A DNA stretch of 64,000 nt from Epiperipatus broadwayi (lineage: Eukaryota > Animalia > Onychophora): positions 2,914,001 through 2,978,000 of the forward strand of contig JAQFVV010000009.1 of the NCBI GenBank assembly GCA_028023455.1. The letters are read 5' to 3'. The notes under the pieces are model-generated. The model saw only the letters and a program-made list of their open reading frames with translations. It did no database searches and was not told where the DNA came from. Below, one piece after another: positions 25,223 to 38,900 of this stretch; within the stretch, counting starts at the first letter, position 1, and every line of letters begins with the position of its first letter. The translations under genes were made by a program, and so were the position numbers.

Positions 25223-25971
25223 CCTCTTTATTGCTGATTATTTTATTGGCTGGGTGAGGAAAAATCTTTAAATGTTAAGTGGCCAAGTTACAACTCAATT
25301 ATCAAAATATATTTATCTTTTAATATGATATTCACTTTAGTTTCGTTTGTAAAAAGTACATTAATAATTTGTCATGTTATGAAAGTTAACGAAAGTTTTT
25401 TCAAAAATAAATATTTGTTTAAAATTTAAAAAAAATTCAATAATGCAAATCTTTAAACGAATGTTACTCACCAATTAAAAACTGTTGCTGACATTGTCTG
25501 ATGTCAGTGGTTTTTTACGGTGCTGAAAAATAAATAATTTTTGCTAAACTTGTAACTATTTTTGGAAAATAATTTTATTTTTTAGCATGTTTTCTCAAAA
25601 TAATTTATAATATGTCAAAAAATCCTTTTAGAATAGTCAAAAACATTTGTTTATCGCTTTCAAAATAAAACAAAAGAAATTGGAGTGATTTCGTTATTGA
25701 CAAGAGATTTTCTTTGTTGTCAAAATTTATCTTTGTTGTCAAAATTTATTAGCCAATAAGATCTAAGATAAGTCCACCTCCCTTCTTTGTTTAACCTTAA
25801 CTGACAGGTTTATTGATTTTTTACTTGTAAAATAATTCACAAAAGGGCAGCATCTTGTGGAATCTCGATTCACATAAAGATCTTTATTTTCCATCTAAAA
25901 TTGCCAGGATTTGAACAATGGAAAGTCTGTCAAGTCCATCATGTTTTTAACCATGACTGTCTAAAAATGAG
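25223..25971. mobile_element. piggyBac-like non-autonomous element
   Basis: TTAA on both sides (25219-25222, 25972-25975), with a single TTAA at the empty site in the 5' LTR (GAGTATTAATATTT). TIRs are degenerate. Confidence 0.65.
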
Positions 25972-26767
25972 TTAATATTTAACTGTCTACAATTTAAGTG
26001 CCTGTGAAGTTGCATCTACACAAAATGAAAATCTAAGTGAGGAGTAACACAAAACTATCTACTGCCAATTTAAATAAATTCAGGATGTGTTATATAAAAT
26101 TAGTCAGGAGTTCTTCAACATGTCTAATAAAAAATGCATAAACCGTAAGAACTTTGTGTAAAGAGGACTTTGAAAAATAATTATGCTTTAACATATTGAT
26201 TCATAAAAGATTGTAAAATTATGCTTTATTTTCTGTTGTATAAATCTATTTTTATTTATCACCTCATCTTATATTTGGGAAGTGCTACTTCTAATTCTAC
26301 CAGAAACACTCCAATATATGAACATATCAAGAGAGTAGGGGAAGGGGAAGGTTGAAAAGTATTTTTTTTAATAAAATCTAGGTGATTTATTTTCTGCCAA
26401 GAGATTTAATTATCAACTTTATACATAAAATTAAGTGCTTCACTAGAATACTTAATGGTAAGAGTTTTTTTTAAAAGCTACTGAAATAAACTATATAACA
26501 ACATGACATGACTATTTATTATATATGTTTACTAATTGTATTTTTAAGATATAATGAGTAAATGATTAACACTTTTTAAATAGTATTCTTTATCATTTTC
26601 TATCATATTAAACCACTAAACATCACATGATCACCATCTCTATACTAGCACATAATTGTTGTAAACAAAGACAAAACTCTCCATACAGTAGTGCCACCCT
26701 GTGCCAAACAGAGTAATCAATGGATGCCAGAAGGCTTGTGCATAAAATCCCTATCTAGTGCCTACTC

Positions 26768-26826
26768 ATCCAATATCCCCAGACTAGTTTTTGGCTAGTG
26801 GCCATCATCAGTGAGGAGCCTTCGAT
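26768..26826 (-). ncRNA. Type I hammerhead ribozyme (family B), core-mutated copy
   Basis: Reverse complement reads CTCA-CTGATGA-TGGCCACTAGCCA-AAAA-CTAG-TC-TGGGGA; GAAA is changed to AAAA (G12 lost), predicted inactive. Confidence 0.75.
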
Positions 26827-27240
26827 CTGAGAGCACTGCACCTAGATCTTAGGATCTAATGCAACCCTCCAGCAGCCACCTTTTAACTCTACTTTACTAC
26901 AAAATTATGAGAATGAAATTGGAAAACAATAATATTTTCAATCTAAGCTACTGTATGGAGAGTTTTGCCTTTGTGTATAACAATTTTGTGCTAGTATAGA
27001 GATGGTGATCATGTGATGTTTAGTGGTTTAAAACTAATCCTAATAGGATAGTGGTGACTATGGTTGTTTAAAAGCCAAAGTCACCAAAATGTATGAGTGC
27101 TGAATTGAGTTCAGACCCATATGACTATATAATATTGTGTTTTCCAAATTTCATTCTTATAGTTTTGTAGTAAAGTAGAGTTAAAAGGAGGCTGCTGGAG
27201 GGTTGCATTAGATCCTAAGATCTAGGTGCAGTGCTCTCAG

Positions 27241-27299
27241 ATCCAAGGCTCCTCACTGATGATGGCCACAAGCCAGAAATTAGTCTGGGGATATTGGAT
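27241..27299 (+). ncRNA. Type I hammerhead ribozyme (family B), GUC cleavage triplet
   Basis: TCCTCA-CTGATGA(27256-27262)-TGGC CACAA GCCA-GAAA-TTAG-TC^TGGGGA. Stem I is 6 bp plus an internal loop plus ATCCAA/TTGGAT. Predicted cleavage after 27285. Confidence 0.88.
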
Positions 27300-30200
27300 G
27301 AGTAGACACTAGATAGGGATTTTATGCACAAGCCTTCTGGTATCCATTGATTACTCTGTTTGGCACAGGGTAGCACTATTGTATGGAGAGTTTTTCCTTT
27401 GTTTCTATCATATTCTGTGTTGTTTTATTATATTTTTCCACACTAGATATTGCATACTATATCTGAGGTTGAATTTAAATTTTCATTGAGTTAGCAATCT
27501 CATTTTTAATTATTTTTTTTATTATCTTAGATATAAAGATGGCTATATTATAGCTTTAAATTATTTAAGTAAAGAAATGATAGATACTCATCATAGACAT
27601 AAAAACTGTAAGTACATAGGGAGATATCCAGGTAATTTATGGACATTTGTAAATATTTTTCTTTATTGAAATTTTTCTTTTCTACATTGATTGAAAATTT
27701 ATTTTATGTTTAAATATATTTTTTTTTGTAAATAAATATGAAGTTTTATTAATTAACAAGTTCTCTGTAGTTTTGTTGATCCAGCATTTACATTCCGTCT
27801 TAAAACCAATATTTTACACATGCACACATCCACATTATTGTTTAACAAGCATGTGAAAGAATATTAAATAAAGGTTATTTCTTTCTAATAGATAGGATGT
27901 ATTATTTTAGTTGTTGATTAACAGTTTACATAAATCCATACCTGTTAAGAGAATCAAATGCAAATTCTTCCTGAGTTCAAATATCTGAGGCAACAGTTTT
28001 GGAAGAGTGGTGAGATGTTAGATGAACTGATTTAAATTACATGTGGCTTTAATGGATAATGCTTAGGCTAGTCTATGGAAGATGTCTGTAATCATGAATC
28101 AGATACTTCATCGTGTTATCTCTAACATCCTACATGAAGACAGACTCTAGTCTGACAGTAGTTAGATGCAAGCTTGCTCTTTCTCCTATGTACGTGGATG
28201 GTCTGGACTTGCATTTGGCACTATCTGCTTTAGGATATGGCAGATAGGTATACTAGTACTTTTAGATTGGATGTAAGTTAATTACACATTGTGGACGAAC
28301 CTGCTGATTGATGAAGTTGATCCATGTGTCCAAGTGTATTTGCGGACTGGAACATCTGGGTATATTCGACCATACCGTTACAATACATATATATTATAAT
28401 GGTTGAGATATGAGAGTCTTACCATATCTGCCATACAGGGCGCCACTAGGCCAATTGAACCTAGAAAATTTATATAATAGGCAGATACGTAAGTTAAGAT
28501 TGAAATTTTACACATATATATTTTTTTCAACCGTCAGCCCTTGCCACTAGCTCAGGAAACAACATAGATTTATAATATATAATTTTATTTAAAAAATATT
28601 TTCAATATTTAAAAAATAAAATAAGCCACTGCCAGTAATAACACACATAAACATTTATTAAACATATATGTAATTTAGAATTATTATTTTAGTCTAAGTT
28701 TTACTTTAGCATTTAATTATATTCTTTACCTTTTATTTTTGAAGTTCGCACAGATGAATTTAATATTTTATTCAAGTGTTGAGTATGAATAGACTACATA
28801 GATTGCATTTGAAAAGAAAATATTCTATCCCTTATTTAATCTTAGGCCAAACGTTTGCTGTTAAACTAATATCAATCCATCTGATACATTGATGTATTCG
28901 ATGCAGCATGAATACGACAGCACAAATACCATACTGTCAGGAATGTACATCTGAACAGCTTGGTTATAGAAGACATTGACTCTCGTCCAGTACAGAAATA
29001 CTACATCTGTCTGGTGAGAACAATAAAAAAAAACTCCATAGGCAGGGACTGCATTTTCCGTTTTACTATCCCATTCCATAGGCTAAGAGGGTGATTTAAG
29101 GAGCAGGGAATACCATCTGTCTCTGTTGGTCAATAAAAAAGGCTTATTTTGCCTGAGTGGGGCGTATAAGATGATCCTGCACATAGCAGACCTCATACTA
29201 CATTTACTAATTATACCAATATATCTAATCCATTGACCCAATTTAACTACGAAACAAATAACCTAAGATTTACCCTCCCTTAATTAAACTAATATAACTT
29301 TACAAATCTATGCAGCCATTCATGCCCGACTTAAATTTAGCATTTATTAAGTTTAGTTTAATGAAAAAACAAAAATCATAATAAAACTTAAAGAACAAAA
29401 AAAAAAATAAATGGAAATGATTTAAAAAAAAAATACATCACATAAAATTAATTATTAATAATAATTTACATTGGTCAGATAGGATTCTATTTCTATTAAA
29501 TAGGGAACAAGTTTTAGAATTAAAGTTCTTATTCTTTCCAAATACTGGAATTTTTGAATAATAGTTAAAACTTATTAGAGTTCATAAAGTTCTTATGGTT
29601 TAAACATACTGAAAAAGTTTCATTTTTAGAAGTTTGCAATTTGGGATCCAGTGTTAATTCCCCCGATGTCCTGTGGTCTGCAGTATAAGAAAACGATTGG
29701 TCATTTCTCTTTCTGTCTCTTTTTTTATAGCAAAACTGAAGAGATTGAAAAACTGAAGGGATTGAAGAGTGCATCTTTCCAATCCCTTCTCCTTCAATTC
29801 TAGCACACCTCTCTTTCACACCTGTCCTCTTCCCAGATCTTCTTCACTCACTAAAATTTATTTCCAAACTTTTTCTATTAGAATTTTAGATTGAGTGGAC
29901 ATTACGTCATGACGATGATGATCTTTTCATTGAGGTCCGTTTCCTGAGAGCTTTCTTTTATTGGCTGTTCTGTTCCTATTGTTTTTCCTCTCCTATCTGA
30001 CTTTTAATTATACATTCTGAAATGCCCAAAGGCTAGTTCACTTGGACTAATTAATAATCATTTCCATTTTAATTAATGTATTGTACAAACTTAAAGATAT
30101 ATTTTTATCTCTAAATCTTTTTAAGATTTTGATGAAAATTTAGTTTTAAAACTTTTTTTTTTTTTATAAAGTTTTCTTTTAATAATTTTTCATCTGAGCG

Positions 30201-31949
30201 ATTTTAAATATTAGAGTTTAGATGATTTTTAACTTTCAATTTTTAATTCTTAAAAAAGAAGTTTTCATGTCTAATTTTTAGAAAAAATAATGTAACGGCA
30301 TACGTGCTTGTTACAATATATTAATAATTTTTAGCAGATGTTATTGTTGAAATATTTTTAAGAATGTGGAAATATCTGTTCTATTTTATTTTACTTGTAA
30401 AAAATATTTAGTTTACTATTTTTATTGGTCACTATCTATATCATTTTATTGTACTTTTTCTAAAATAAAACAGAACATATAGTACTAATCAGGCCTCCAC
30501 AAATGAGTCAATGATAATACCATTTTTGAGCATTCGTTCCTAATTTAATTCTTACATGCTATAGAAATGTCTGCATTTATCATTGCATTTCAAGTATGGA
30601 AAATAAATATTGTTTTATAATTTACAAAATAAAACAACTGATTAAACTATTCCCCTTGAGTGCTATCAACTCTTCAGTAGTTCCAAAATGATAATCTAAT
30701 TAATCGTCTTTATACTTCCCTATTAGTGCCATAGCTATTGAAATATTTTATATCAAATATACAATTAAACTAAAAAATGAAATTGAACATACCTTTCATT
30801 CATGAGTAGATAGATATTCCTTATTCACAACCATTCACATGATATGTGACCTCTGTCCTTCCATACTATAGAAATATCAATTCTACAATATCCTTTTGTC
30901 TAACTCATTATAATCTTTTTGAAAAGAACCAACTCAGCATTGGTTAATATGATAATTTGACTGACTTTTACTTTATGCAATGAATTAACATGAAGTTAGT
31001 ATTAAAATTTGATAAATTTTATTTCTAACAAAATGTCAACATACTAACAATGAACTAAAAAAAAAAATCTTCAATTATTTATTTTTTTGGTCATTCTCTA
31101 TCAAATACTTTATGATATAATTACTAAACTTGATTTTCATATTTTTATTTAATATGATTTAGGGTTATGAAATGTCTATATTCATTTATTAAATTTAACA
31201 AATCAAGCTATGAACACTTGAATTATTTTATTTGCTTGTTCTTGTTTAATAAGATATGTAAGTTTTAAACAGCAATTAATTCATATACACTTGTTCTATA
31301 TGGTCTATTTTTAGATGATCTATTTATACAAGTCTTTGTTCACTCTAATACCCACTTCAGAAACTAAGCATAGGTTTAATGTTCTGAAGTAAATTCAGCA
31401 AATTAGTAACTATATTCATGTAATATTTTTTTGTTTTATAAATATGGAAATTTTATTATGGAACAGTGAATACAAATAAACGGATGATATGATCAGAAGG
31501 TGAGATCAATAAATTTGGATTACAGTACTTTATAATGAAAAACAGGTGTTACACATTCTGCCAATCAATAAAACATTCTATTGCAATAAAACATTCTATT
31601 GCAAAGGAAACGTTTTTGATAACAGAACCTCGGGCTATACTTCAGTGATTTACAAGGAGAGAAATGCTGAAGTCCTTGTTCCTGGAGAGTCAGAGTTATC
31701 TAGGCAACCTCGGTTTCACAGGAGATATTTCCATCATTGAAATATTGCAGATTTTAGAAGTAATTTTGGAAAGAACAGAAAACCATTGTGAATCCCGGGT
31801 AGTAGCAAACCTATTACAGATAGTTTATTTTTGGATGTAAGAAAAGTCATATGGCATAAAAGTAGTGGAACTTTAAGGAGGTATGGGAATTGCTTGCCAT
31901 ATGGTTCCAAATATGTAGGGAGGGGCCAGGTTTTGGTCCCTCTGACAAT

Positions 31950-34900
31950 TTTTTTTTACTTAATATATTAACAAATATGTCCAGTGAGCTCTCTGGGGCC
32001 AGATTAAAAAATGAGCCAACATCGGGTGAACCATAGTGAGAAAGGGATTATGTTATTGAGTGGATCTTGGGGAAGGTACCTTAAAGAATGCTATTGTTGA
32101 TGGTTGAAAGAGTAGGATTTTTATTTCTTAAAATGGAGACTCCAAAATCTCTATAGTAGGGAGAAACAGTAACAAAGAATGTGGGTAGAGGTTTCATCCT
32201 CTCTGAGACACAAAGGGAAAATTGAATCAATGCCTGAAAAACATCGATGCTGTACAAGGAAATGATTTGTGGGAAGTGCATTAAGATTAATTTTTAACAG
32301 AGTCAAAAAAATTGGGTTTGAGGAATCATCGTTTGAATTTTTTGAATAGAATATAGTTGTTAATCCTTAGGAGGATGGGGCTAGGAGAAACATCAGGTTT
32401 TATAATATGGTAGGCTTCCCAAAAAATTTCTGTGAGGGTTTTTTTAAGGGTGGTTGTAAACTTTTCGATATGAGATGATAACCAGCAGGAATTTGAGGGA
32501 GAGGTTTGTTGGTAGGAGTTTTGGTAAAAGGTACAGCATTAGGATATTGTAAGAAAATTCTATAGATGATGTTGCAGGTACATTGTAATTGAAAGGTGTC
32601 TATGGAATGAAGGGAAAGACCATTAAATTTGGTACGTTTTTGGAGATTTCTCAAGCTAATTGTTGCAGCCTTTCCTCCCTGGATTAGATTGGTACACATT
32701 CTATGAATCTTTCTAATGAATGCTTTGGTGAAATCAATAATGGGGGTAAATTACAATATTTTAGGGAAAACAAGGATATTGATGAGGGAGGACTTGGCAA
32801 ACATGGACATATACAGCTTAGAAAGGGCAGAGTAATTTTGTATGAGGATTGGAGCAGGTTATCTTGGATCATTCTCTTCATGGCAGTGGATAACTAAAAA
32901 TATTGGATATCCTAAGAGATTTTGAAGTTTTGCTGAGAATGGAGAGGCAATGATGTTACCTGAGGCTACCAGGCATATGACTTGGTCATATTAAATTGCA
33001 GGCCAGATTGATCCAAAAATTCTTTGAGTATTAGGAGCTGAAGAATTAGATTTCTTGAAGGGAGAAATATGGTCAAGTTATCCATGAAGAGGTTTTTAAT
33101 ATTGGGATTATATATATCAGAAAGAGACTTTTTGATTTGAAGGAGCAAGAATTAAGGTAGATAATAAAAAATTGGGCAGTGAAAGGGGAGCCCTGCGGGA
33201 TGGAGGCCGTAGTAGTAAATGGAGGGGATAGTTTTCCATTGAGGGAAATGATTTCTTGATTATAGAGGTTTTTGATGATGTTAATGATTCCGAGGGGAAT
33301 GCCATGCTCTCCATGTAAGGACATGAGATGATTAAGCTGGATGGAATCGAAGGCTACGGTTATATCCAGTTGGATTACCACTGGTCTTGACTACCTGGCT
33401 TTCCTGATATGATTAATGACAAATTAAAAAAAAAATTAATAGCATTTGCAGTAGATTTGCCCCTTTTCACAAAATTGATATTGGGATATATTCATCAGAA
33501 TTTTTGCTAGAATCTTATCTTTAATGACTAATTCAATAACTTTGACCATCGATGAGGTTATAGAGATGCACCTAAGGTTCTCCAGCAGTAAAGGAATGAT
33601 GTTGCACATGAAGAAAGGCACCATTGCTATGGGGTAGAGCCCACTAATGTCTTGGTTATGCAAAGAAATATAGTTAATTAGATTATATGATTGGTATGGA
33701 GAAGTTGAATAAATGTAATCAGGGAATCACATGCAGACCCGGATGGGTTTTATTGGGCATGGAGCTTAATTTTGCAAGAATATCCCTCTGTTATATCATG
33801 GTCTGTGGTTGATGAATCAATTGAATCATCTTGCCAGAGTTCTGGCAGAAAGATGAAGGGCTTATCCCTGAAATAGATAAAGATCTCTTGAATTAGGTTT
33901 GATCTGATATAGAGCCTTACCTTACAATGATGGAGTGGCTTGCTTATCTCTATGGCCCAGGGCCCACCTTATGTGGTCTCTGGACTAGTTATGGGAGTTT
34001 CTCAAGTAGATCTTAGATTTTTTGGTAGATAGATATTCTGTAAGAATAAGCTGTTTGCTTTTGTACTGAGATTTTAGATGGAATCAATGGGGATTGAGCT
34101 TAGAGTAGATTTTTGAAGGTATTATTAATTGTTTCAAGATCCATTAGGAGTGTTGACCTTTGTTATGTGAAGTGTAATATGAGATCATTAACCATTAAAA
34201 TTTGGAAAAGGGTGAACCAGATGTCTGTTAGTGGTAGAGTAAGAATTTTTATTGTGGAAATAAATATATGCTTCAAAGAGGAATGCTATGACTCTATGGT
34301 AGAGTTTAGATTTGGAATGGAGCATAAATTGAGGTCCAGAGAAATATTGAGAGAGAAAATGAGGTGATTTGAGAAGGTAATGGGTTGAAGAGATGGATCA
34401 ATAATGAAATGAAGGTCTGGGGTATAGTAGAGGTCTATGAGAGAGGTGTATCTTCTAGCATAAAAGGAAAAGGCATATGATGGAAAGGAAAAGGCATCTG
34501 ATGGAAAGAAGCCTTCACTACACATGAAATTCATGTTTAGATTGATATATTTGGCAATAAATTCCTGGTAAGAAGTGTTGAAATCTCCTAGGAATATGGT
34601 TGGGTAGGGGTTTAAGGCAAGTTTGAAATTAGGATTAATTGATAAATAAGCATTTCATTTTTGTACTATATAGATTATATTCGGATAAAGGCTCTATGGA
34701 ATAAGGTGGTGATAATCATATGTTGGTTTAGATAATTTATTTTGAAAAGATTCAAATGGGATGTTGGATATCAGAATTGCAACACTGGCACCTGGATTAG
34801 GAGAGATTGAATGGGGAAAGTAACCAAATTTCCTAAGGTGGTTCAGGATGACGGAGTTTGAAGACTGGTACAGTTTGATTTCAGAGAGACCCACAATATG

Positions 34901-35975
34901 GGAGGATAACTGCCTAAACCAGTTGATCAATGCATCAACTCTGTGTAGTAAATTCGGGCCTTGGATATTGATCCCAGTTACTCTCAACTGCATGAATTGA
35001 TAGTCAAATGGAGGCCAAAAGAGATTAATTTAGAAGGTAGGGAAAAAGTATTCGGGGGGTGGTATATGTTTCAGTGGGATTTGTGAACCATTGATTGGAG
35101 TCATTCTGGCACTACCATATTCAACATCTGTTGATAGTTCTAAAGTATCATCATCAGTTGAATTATGGGACTGTGCTGATTTGCCAATGTCCTTTTTTTG
35201 GGAAGGTTCAGTTATTTCCCTGGTTTGTCTGGAAATTAAGTTTTTAATTTTTCCCCCGACTTTGGGAAACTGGAGACTCTGTCTGAAAAGCTAATAACAT
35301 GATTGCTTATATCATTGGAACGAATTTTGTCAGGTGTTGGTTTGTGATTTTTGTTAGTTTTTTTTGTCTTTCTCTTCATACATTGAGGTTCCTCTTCTAA
35401 GATGGTAATCACTGAGTTGAAGGACTCATTCAGTGCTTTCGTGGAGTGAGATAGAGTAATGTATAATGTTAGAACTTCATTGGGGGAGCAGTTTGAGGAG
35501 AGGGCCTATCCCTCACAGCTTCTAAAGTGATAGGAACTATCCTTGGGTTATAGGCTTCAATAGCTGGCAGTGTAGGATTTAATGACATTGATGTGTTCTC
35601 ATTTTAATTCTTTTACAATGCTGGCAGAGCCTGGCTGGGAAATTCCCCACAATGAGGCTTCTCTGTCAGCAATAAAAACATTGTGGAGGGACACCATAGA
35701 AGGTGATGACAAATGGAGATGTCTCTGCATAATAGAATGGAAATGTCTTTGGGATTGGAGTCCTTGTTCAGGGTGATGTCAAAGGAGGTGGTATTTGTAT
35801 ACATTGGTGAATCTGCTCCTTTAATCAATTGGCAGTTAAAATTAGAAACTTTCCCATATGGCCGGAGAAGTAATTGTAAATCGTGCTCCTTAAATTTCAG
35901 GCAACAGTTTTGTTTAGACCTTATAATATTGTGGAACAATTCATATTTATATGACACACAATACCTTCACCAATA
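31950..35975 (-). mobile_element. Decayed near-full-length LINE (ORF1 plus APE endonuclease-RT ORF2)
   Basis: LRVTGINIQG, IVGLSEIK and IFLGDFN (APE); LDITVAFDSI, IPQGSPF and FMDNL (RT); upstream ORF1 remnant with LLRPYGKV. Clade (L1/Tx1 versus I-like) not resolved. Confidence 0.8.
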
Positions 35976-38900
35976 TTAGATAGGGTATTTATATCCATAG
36001 ATTAACTTCTGCTCATTAATCTTTTGATTTTGGATAACTTTTATTAGCAAAATTTTTTATATAATTTCATTTCAGCATTATTTAAACTTAAAACATACAC
36101 AATTCAATGTCTTCTTCATGGGTCTCTCATTTTTATATCTAATTGGTATTTTCCTTAAATTAATAAAATACAATAAAACTGTCTAATATATGTTGTCCTT
36201 TTTGTTTTCTGATCCTTAACTCCACACAATATTGTCTGTAAAATGAAGTATATATCTATATTATTTGTTAAAAATATAGTTCTTTTAAAAGTATCAATTC
36301 TTGATCAGCCAAAATAGAAAGAGATATCATTCACACTCATATGTACTTAGCATTTATTAAAATTACTGTCATTAAAAAAAAAATAAATTCATGAATATTA
36401 ACAATGCATCCCCTTAAACACACATGCAATAAATTTCTATCTAATTTTTTAAAATTAAATCTAATGTAGTATTTTTTAAAGGTACATGCATTTTATTTAT
36501 AGTCTATCCTTTCCAATGAAAGTTTTTTAAAAAACACAAACTCATTTATATGTTTAAATGCAAAAATTAATGATATATGGAATATAATTACCAATTTTTT
36601 CACTGCTAATTTATGGAATTAATTCATAATGATTAATATATTTAACTTTATAAATCTCTTAAGAAATGCAAGCAAACTAGCTACTTCCAATGTGTAATAC
36701 TAGACTCCAATAATTAAATTTTGTGACTAAATTCAAAGCTAGAATGTATTTATGGCAAGCCTTTTTTGCATATAATAACATAGTGATTCAAATAAAAAAT
36801 TTAAGTTTATCTGTTGTTTTTTTAAAAAAGAAAGACTATTTTCATCTTATCTTTAGAAGCAGGAGTTCTTGGAATAAAAATTTATATTTTATAGCAATTA
36901 ACAACATTGATATCTGCAAACTTCACCATTTATGAGATTGTATACTCTAGAGGCATGCATGATTTGATGCAGTATAAAGGGAAAACTGTGGAGCTCAAAG
37001 GTCATGGATCATGCTTTAGTTCTATAACTTTCAATGTTTGTTTTTTTCTTGAATTCCCAAATAATAAACCATTTGATAATTTTTTTTAATACTTTCTAGG
37101 ATTACCATCTGCCTCTTTTAAGTTAATATTTGAAAACACTTGTAGAGCCACTAATGATTTACTTAATTTCAAAAAAATTTTGCCAAGCTATAAATTCAAA
37201 TGTGCATAACCAAGAGAATGATGAGAAGATGGCTGGTTATGCATTTAAGTTCTATAGAATAGCTTTACTTAGCATTATTTAACATTTGTATTGATGGTGT
37301 ACTGAGTTAGTAATGCGTGAATTAAAAGACCACAAATTTTAGTCAAATTGCTATTACCCCTAAATACTATATTTAAATTGACCAATCCTAATAGAAGAAA
37401 CAGCTAAGCAAGGCTGTGCTATCATTATAACACAATTGAGAAATTAATGTAACTCATCAAAATAGATCATGTGAGCTAAAAACCATTAAGTTTAACCTGA
37501 CCAGTCATAAGAGGTCAATCAATATAGCAAGAAAGATGCTACACTGGTATAAAACTTATGACCATGCTAAGTGCTACATGTCATTTCTATCACTGCAAAG
37601 GAACATACACAGGCCAGGAAAAATAAATCTAAAAGTTAAGAAAGCAGATTGAAAAAATCCTGAAGCTTAACCCAATAAATGGTAAAGAGATTTGGTTAAT
37701 TTTAAAATGCAGGTTCTTATCAATGATGTAATAGTCTAATATTGATTAGGAATCAGCCATTTGATAAAATCATGTAAAGATAGGGAAGCATATTTGATTT
37801 CTAGGAACACAAAAATATTAAATAAAAGCTATTAAATCATATGACTCCGATATGTTAAAAAATCAGAAACTTTAGATTACAGTCTGATAAATAATTGCAC
37901 CATTATGACTTCAAATGAGTTATTTTCTATTGTTGGAGAGATTTGTTTTTTTATGGAGAGTATTGAGCTGCATCTGCCATTTGATAACTACATTCTTTCA
38001 TCCATTAAATAAATTTTATCTGCATTGACTGAAAAGAACATATTTTTAAAAGGTGAGCAACATCAATAATCATATCAGTTGCTCCAACAATCAGACAAAA
38101 TGCATTCATTTACAACATCAATTCTAGGGACTATTCCTTATTTTGTTGGTATCTTACTAGAAGCAAAAATCTAAGACAACTGCAAATTTTTAACAGAAAA
38201 CCTTTAGTAAAGTAGCACTTAAGATCAGTGGCAATAAAAGCTTGTTCACACAATAAATTATAAATTTTTGATTTTAAGATTAATGCAAAGGGAATTCATC
38301 TGACAATAGCAAGATAAAAAACTACAGTTATTGTATAAACCCCTACTAATAAATAAGAGCTCTTGTTATTTCTTGAACTCTTACTATCAAACATTTATAC
38401 AAAATAATATAAAAGCAGTTGTATAGATTACTAAAACAAACTGGACTTGAGTTCCCAATCATATGCAGGCATTCAATTAATGAAAGAAATTGGTTTCTAA
38501 AATGAACAGATCAGTCAATGTTACTCCTAAAGTAAAGAATTGATTTTTACTTGAAATGCTACACCTATTGGATTAAATGCAAAATTTTTATTTACAATAC
38601 TACACCTATTCAATTAAGAGCAAAATTATTCCACCTAAAACCACCTATTCAATTAAGAGCAAAATTATTCCACCTAAAACAATATAGGTATAGCATACCT
38701 ATTGCATTATTTTCTGTATATTAATTTGCAGATTAATAGAAAATTCCCAACTTTAGTCACAGCTATTAACAAATTCCATTAATATGTATATGGATTACCA
38801 TTCACAACACAAATATATTTCAAATCATTGTTAGACATATTTTTTATCAAAGAAGGATCTACTGCAATGTGTATCCAGATAATTAATATCTTGAATACAT

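Larger units (their letters stand above)
26610..27401. mobile_element. Hammerhead-ribozyme element family B (about 428-bp monomer), inverted plus tandem insertion in the Gypsy 3' LTR
   Basis: 13-bp TSD TTTCTATCATATT (26597-26609 / 27402-27414); empty site present in the 5' LTR (about 16801-16813); left arm reversed, right arm forward with period 428 (26948/27376). Confidence 0.88.
15741..28382 (+). mobile_element. Decayed Ty3/Gypsy LTR retrotransposon
   Basis: Direct repeats at 15741-17812 and 24202-28382, PBS, PPT, and pseudogenised gag and pol in PR-RT-RH-IN order. Confidence 0.92.
24202..28382 (+). repeat. Gypsy 3' LTR with two nested insertions
   Basis: TG...CA ends; about 2.6 kb after removing 25223-25971 and 26610-27401. 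Confidence 0.85.

Noticed and set aside
28840-29200. GC-richer segment considered as an HDV-like ribozyme or snRNA
   Set aside because: Could not build the nested double pseudoknot or match a known snRNA by eye.
30793-30865. Exon-like segment (TTCTATAG ... AG|GTATGT), minus strand
   Set aside because: All three frames contain stops; unsupported as CDS and only speculative as a non-coding exon.
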